Shown here: one piece after another, positions 35,388-38,926 of the stretch | Layout of the letters: every line of letters begins with the position of its first letter | Position numbering within the stretch: position 1 is the first letter of the stretch | Source: a virus | Lineage: Duplodnaviria > Caudoviricetes | Virus record (IMG/VR): IMGVR_UViG_3300016467_000680 | Location: 1 to 38,926 of that record | Length of the DNA: 38,926 nucleotides | Strand: one strand, 5' to 3' | The notes under the pieces: generated by a model | The model's input: only the letters and a program-made list of their open reading frames with translations | Database searches by the model: none | Told to the model about the DNA's origin: nothing | Translations under genes and position numbers: made by a program

Positions 35388-35936
35388 TCAAACTGGTCCT
35401 CCGCTAACTGGTCCTGCATCTTCGCCATCGACAGCAGGCTCCAGCCCATCAGCAGCAACATCGCCAATAGGGTCAGGGGAATAAGGGTCACGCGGCCAAA
35501 CGGGGTAGTCAGCGCCAGTAATGTATGCCGCTAATTCATCGGTGTCAGCAGTGGCGGCGATGGCAGTGACCTTGGTGCCGGTTGCCAGGCGGATATCTTC
35601 ACGCCAGGTCTTGAGTAGTGGATCGGCGGGCTTCCCGTTGTCGGCTTCGCGGATGATGATCCAGTCGGTTGGGGACAGCAGGGTGTTGGCGGTTTGACGG
35701 GTCTGGCTGGTCCACTGCTCAACCAACTGCGCGTGATCTTTGGGGATCAGGTGACCTTCGGCGTCATAGCCGAAGTAGAAGCGTTGATCGTATGCCGGGG
35801 GGTCGGGCACTTCGGTGATGCCGATGGCGGCGCGTTCCTCGGGTGAGGCAAGACGGAGCCAATTAGCTGGATATTGAATCCCCAGGTGCTTAAAGGGGCG
35901 GTCTGGGGAAAGGGGCTTGCCGTCGAGCAGGAACAT
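35388..35936 (-). CDS. Tail fibre assembly/chaperone-like protein
   Basis: IQYPANWLRL...YDQRFY...LLSPTDWIIIR...WP; follows the fibre gene; ATG at 35936. Confidence 0.7.
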   Translation of the reverse strand: MFLLDGKPLSPDRPFKHLGIQYPANWLRLASPEERAAIGITEVPDPPAYDQRFYFGYDAEGHLIPKDHAQLVEQWTSQTRQTANTLLSPTDWIIIREADNGKPADPLLKTWREDIRLATGTKVTAIAATADTDELAAYITGADYPVWPRDPYSPDPIGDVAADGLEPAVDGEDAGPVSGGPV

Positions 35937-35975
35937 TGTTCTGGTGCGTTGGTTGAAGTTTAGGTGCGCTGGCAA

Positions 35976-38926
35976 TTAGCGGGCGCGAGCGTAGGCGAAG
36001 GGTGACGATGCCCATGCTGCATACACATAGGTGCCGGAACTGGTATTAAAGGTGGCATCCGTGGTGCGTACCTTAAAGCCGTTGCTTGTGATATCAATCA
36101 GATCTGTAGTGCCCTCTGCGCTTGAAAGATTTGGATACAGCGGATCATTGTCTACGTTATAACCTTCGCGCTTGTCATCAAGAATCGTCCAGTTGCCTGT
36201 CGAGCTGGACATTTTTACAAGCACAACTGCCGGTCTAAACCCGGTATAAATAAAGGGACCATCTGTGCTGCCATTGCCGACATAATTGCCAAAGGAGCTA
36301 TACGACGCGACTGGGGCGAAGCAGTAGGCGACGTAATTATTGCCACTGGCATTGAGTCCATCATCAACACCGAGGGTCACAAGGGTAGACGAAGGAGTTG
36401 TGTTGTTCCACGAGTTTGCGCTTGGTCCCAATGCCTCGCTGGTGCTGGATAAATAGATAATGTAATTATTTCCAAGGGATTTGTGATAGACGCGCCAATG
36501 CTTTGCACTGCTGCGGTCTTTGATAATTACGAATGAAGGAGCAACACCCAACCCGTGCCCAAATGTCGCGCCGTTTGATCCATTGCCTGTGTAGGTGACC
36601 ACGCTGAACCCCGCCGAGATGTTGGCGCGGACGGTGCTGGTTATGGTCCCGCTGGTGTTCGTCGCATTGCTGCTGCCGGCGTCCCAGGTCCAGGCGACGT
36701 AGGTGTGAGAAGCATTGTTCAACTCAAACGACGCGGTTTGCGAAAGCGAAAATCCGGTAGATGTAAAACCAGTAAAATCACTGGAGCAATCAACTGCTGC
36801 CGTTGTTAAGTTGCTAGCTAGAGTGCTGGTATTGCCTTGTACTTGATCAACTAATCTATGATTAAACGCGCCAGATCGAGACTTAATCCACACCAAATCC
36901 GGCGAGAACCCCAACCCGCTGATCGTCTGCGATGTGCCATTGCCGGTGTAGGTCACCACATCCATGACCGTGCTGGGGTCTTCGATGGTCGGCGTCGGCA
37001 GGTTCGCCGTGCATAGGGCTTTGAACCCCGAAGGCGCCGCATAAACCCAACTTCTTTGGCCAAAGTTTGCGATCAACTTGTCGCCTGCGCTGCTGCTATT
37101 GCGGACGCCAATAAAATATGTTCCAGTCAAACCAGAAGCAAGTTGACCTTGTGAAGAGTTGTTTTTATACATAGTGCAAGTGCCTGCATCCATGTCTAAA
37201 GCAAGTCCAATTATGTCCCCATAGGTATAACTAGCTCCATAAGAGGTTACAGTTCCGCCATTGATTTTTACTGCACTGCCGAAATAACCGTAGCTTGTAG
37301 AAAGTTGACCTGGATAAGTACCCTGTTCGCCTTTGCTGATGCCAATGCCTAGATCAGTTGTACCACCGGAACCACTAATTTCAAACTCGCAATACCACTT
37401 GCCTGATGCCACACCAATGGTTGAGACCATTTGGCTAGTGCCGGCGTACCCAGTGGCTTCTAGGTTGCCGTTACTAAATGTGTAAGTTGCAGTATTGATT
37501 GGGTTCCAAGTGCAGTAATTCCCCGGCACTTGTCCGCCGAGTCCGGTGTCATTGGCGGTGTCGCCGTTGGTGGGCGAGTCGCGGAGGGAGTCAATGTCTG
37601 CGCCATTGACAGTGCTTTTGCTTACTGCATTTGTAACTGTGATCGTCACACCGCCACCATCGCTAGTGATGGTTCCAGTTCCAGTCAGCGAATCAAGCGC
37701 GTCATACAGCAGCAACGTCCCGCCAGAACCTGCGGCGGTATTCATCGTCGAGGGATTTGGAATGCCTGTTGTGGGCGGCGTGCCACCACTTGTAACCCGT
37801 AAATGGGCAATTTGAAATGCACCGGATCCGCCCGAAGATATTTTTAGTGTCCGTGATCCAGTCGCAGCATTTCCGCCACTGGCATTAGTGCCGACCAGTG
37901 AGCCATCTACATAAAGACTTGTGCTGGACCCTGTTGTGGTTAGGCGTACAAAATGCCACGCGCCACCAATGATCCCCGTGCTTGAGAAAGTTGTATACCC
38001 TCCATTAAAATTACCAAACAAAAGCGAATTGCTGGTATTTACGCCAATGTTCCAATCATCGGAGGTGTTTGCTGCAAAATAAATATATGTCGCTGCGGTT
38101 GTAATTCGGGTAAAGAATTCGTATGTAGTTGTTGCCGTAAGTGTTACAGGAAACGAAATATAATTTGCACTGCTTAGATAGGCTGCGGTGGGGATGGTGT
38201 AGCCACCCACTGATGGCACACTTCCGGCATCAATATTGTTTACCGTCCAATCGTTGCTGCCAGCAGCGTCATAGCCAAGCGCAGCGGCGGAGGAGTTATC
38301 CGCGAAGTCGAGGTGGAACCCATTGGTGCCGTAGCTGCCCGAATAGGCGATGGGCTGCCAGACGCCGTTGGTGTCGAACTCACCGAAGCTGGTGGGGTCT
38401 AGGGCTTGACCGTCGATGAAGTGAACGTCGGCTAGGTAGGCATTGAGGCTTCCAGATGAACTGCCCCATTGCGTGCCAATGCGATTATCCGCGTTTGACG
38501 AAGGAAATTGGCTGTCAGTGTTTTGAGCGGGGTAGTTAGTTGTTTGAAGCGTTGTTACCTGGGAGCCATTGACATAAAGCTTGACGCGATTGCTTGCGGT
38601 CGCATCCGTGGTATCTACGGCGATAACAATGTGATACCAAGCGGAGGCATCTCTAAAAACCTGAGTTGTTCTTATGTCGTTTGTTGACGAGCCACCAACA
38701 TAAAAATGCAAAGTATCATCGCTTTGAAAAATTAGTACAGTTGACGCAGCAGATGACCCGTCGTAACAATCAAAAACACGCTGGGTTGATCCGAGTGCCG
38801 CACGCTTAATCCAAAACGAAAATGTCTGCTTTTTCCTGTTCGTGCTTGAAGCTGAATAAGTGCGACTCAGGTATGCCGAATCGGCTGAGTTGAAACGCAG
38901 CGAACGTTCAATGGCGAAACCGCCAG
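35976..38926 (-). CDS. Tail fibre / receptor-binding protein (LamG-like + SPRY-like domains), 5' end outside the window
   Basis: Frame is open to the window end (GGFAIERSLRFNSADSAYLSR...); WYHIVIAVD, SGKWYCEFE...GDIIGLALDMD, GFSPDLVWIKSR and GFRPAVVLVK repeats. Confidence 0.88.
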   Translation of the reverse strand, partial: GGFAIERSLRFNSADSAYLSRTYSASSTNRKKQTFSFWIKRAALGSTQRVFDCYDGSSAASTVLIFQSDDTLHFYVGGSSTNDIRTTQVFRDASAWYHIVIAVDTTDATASNRVKLYVNGSQVTTLQTTNYPAQNTDSQFPSSNADNRIGTQWGSSSGSLNAYLADVHFIDGQALDPTSFGEFDTNGVWQPIAYSGSYGTNGFHLDFADNSSAAALGYDAAGSNDWTVNNIDAGSVPSVGGYTIPTAAYLSSANYISFPVTLTATTTYEFFTRITTAATYIYFAANTSDDWNIGVNTSNSLLFGNFNGGYTTFSSTGIIGGAWHFVRLTTTGSSTSLYVDGSLVGTNASGGNAATGSRTLKISSGGSGAFQIAHLRVTSGGTPPTTGIPNPSTMNTAAGSGGTLLLYDALDSLTGTGTITSDGGGVTITVTNAVSKSTVNGADIDSLRDSPTNGDTANDTGLGGQVPGNYCTWNPINTATYTFSNGNLEATGYAGTSQMVSTIGVASGKWYCEFEISGSGGTTDLGIGISKGEQGTYPGQLSTSYGYFGSAVKINGGTVTSYGASYTYGDIIGLALDMDAGTCTMYKNNSSQGQLASGLTGTYFIGVRNSSSAGDKLIANFGQRSWVYAAPSGFKALCTANLPTPTIEDPSTVMDVVTYTGNGTSQTISGLGFSPDLVWIKSRSGAFNHRLVDQVQGNTSTLASNLTTAAVDCSSDFTGFTSTGFSLSQTASFELNNASHTYVAWTWDAGSSNATNTSGTITSTVRANISAGFSVVTYTGNGSNGATFGHGLGVAPSFVIIKDRSSAKHWRVYHKSLGNNYIIYLSSTSEALGPSANSWNNTTPSSTLVTLGVDDGLNASGNNYVAYCFAPVASYSSFGNYVGNGSTDGPFIYTGFRPAVVLVKMSSSTGNWTILDDKREGYNVDNDPLYPNLSSAEGTTDLIDITSNGFKVRTTDATFNTSSGTYVYAAWASSPFAYARAR

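Noticed and set aside
35976-38926. Diversity-generating retroelement target
   Set aside because: No reverse transcriptase and no TR/VR repeat pair seen in the window.

Overview
Most of the genome of a lambda-like long-tailed (siphovirus) phage. The gene set (DUF4278-like peptide, M15 endolysin, dcd, RusA, LamG/SPRY fibre) points to a picocyanobacterial (Synechococcus/Cyanobium-type) host. The minus strand carries a complete morphogenesis operon: TerS, gpA-type TerL, adaptor, lambda portal, protease-capsid fusion, head-tail proteins, tail tube, G/GT chaperones, tape measure, M-L-K-I-J and a fibre. A lambda cos-like site lies at ~19.6 kb, followed by a cluster of small early genes bracketed by Fur-box-like repeats. 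Beyond that are a replication/recombination block with a divergent promoter at ~29.3 kb, a lysis cassette and a second fibre gene. Both window ends fall inside fibre genes. No integrase, tRNA or CRISPR was seen. The most unusual content is non-coding: Fur-box-like arrays around the cos-proximal early module, a glutamine-II (Downstream-peptide)-like riboswitch, a small RNA complementary to early-gene ribosome-binding regions, a pseudoknotted RNA, two -1 frameshift sites (one in the lysis cassette), and homing endonucleases that rebuild the gene ends they disrupt. All family assignments come from motif recognition, not database searches.
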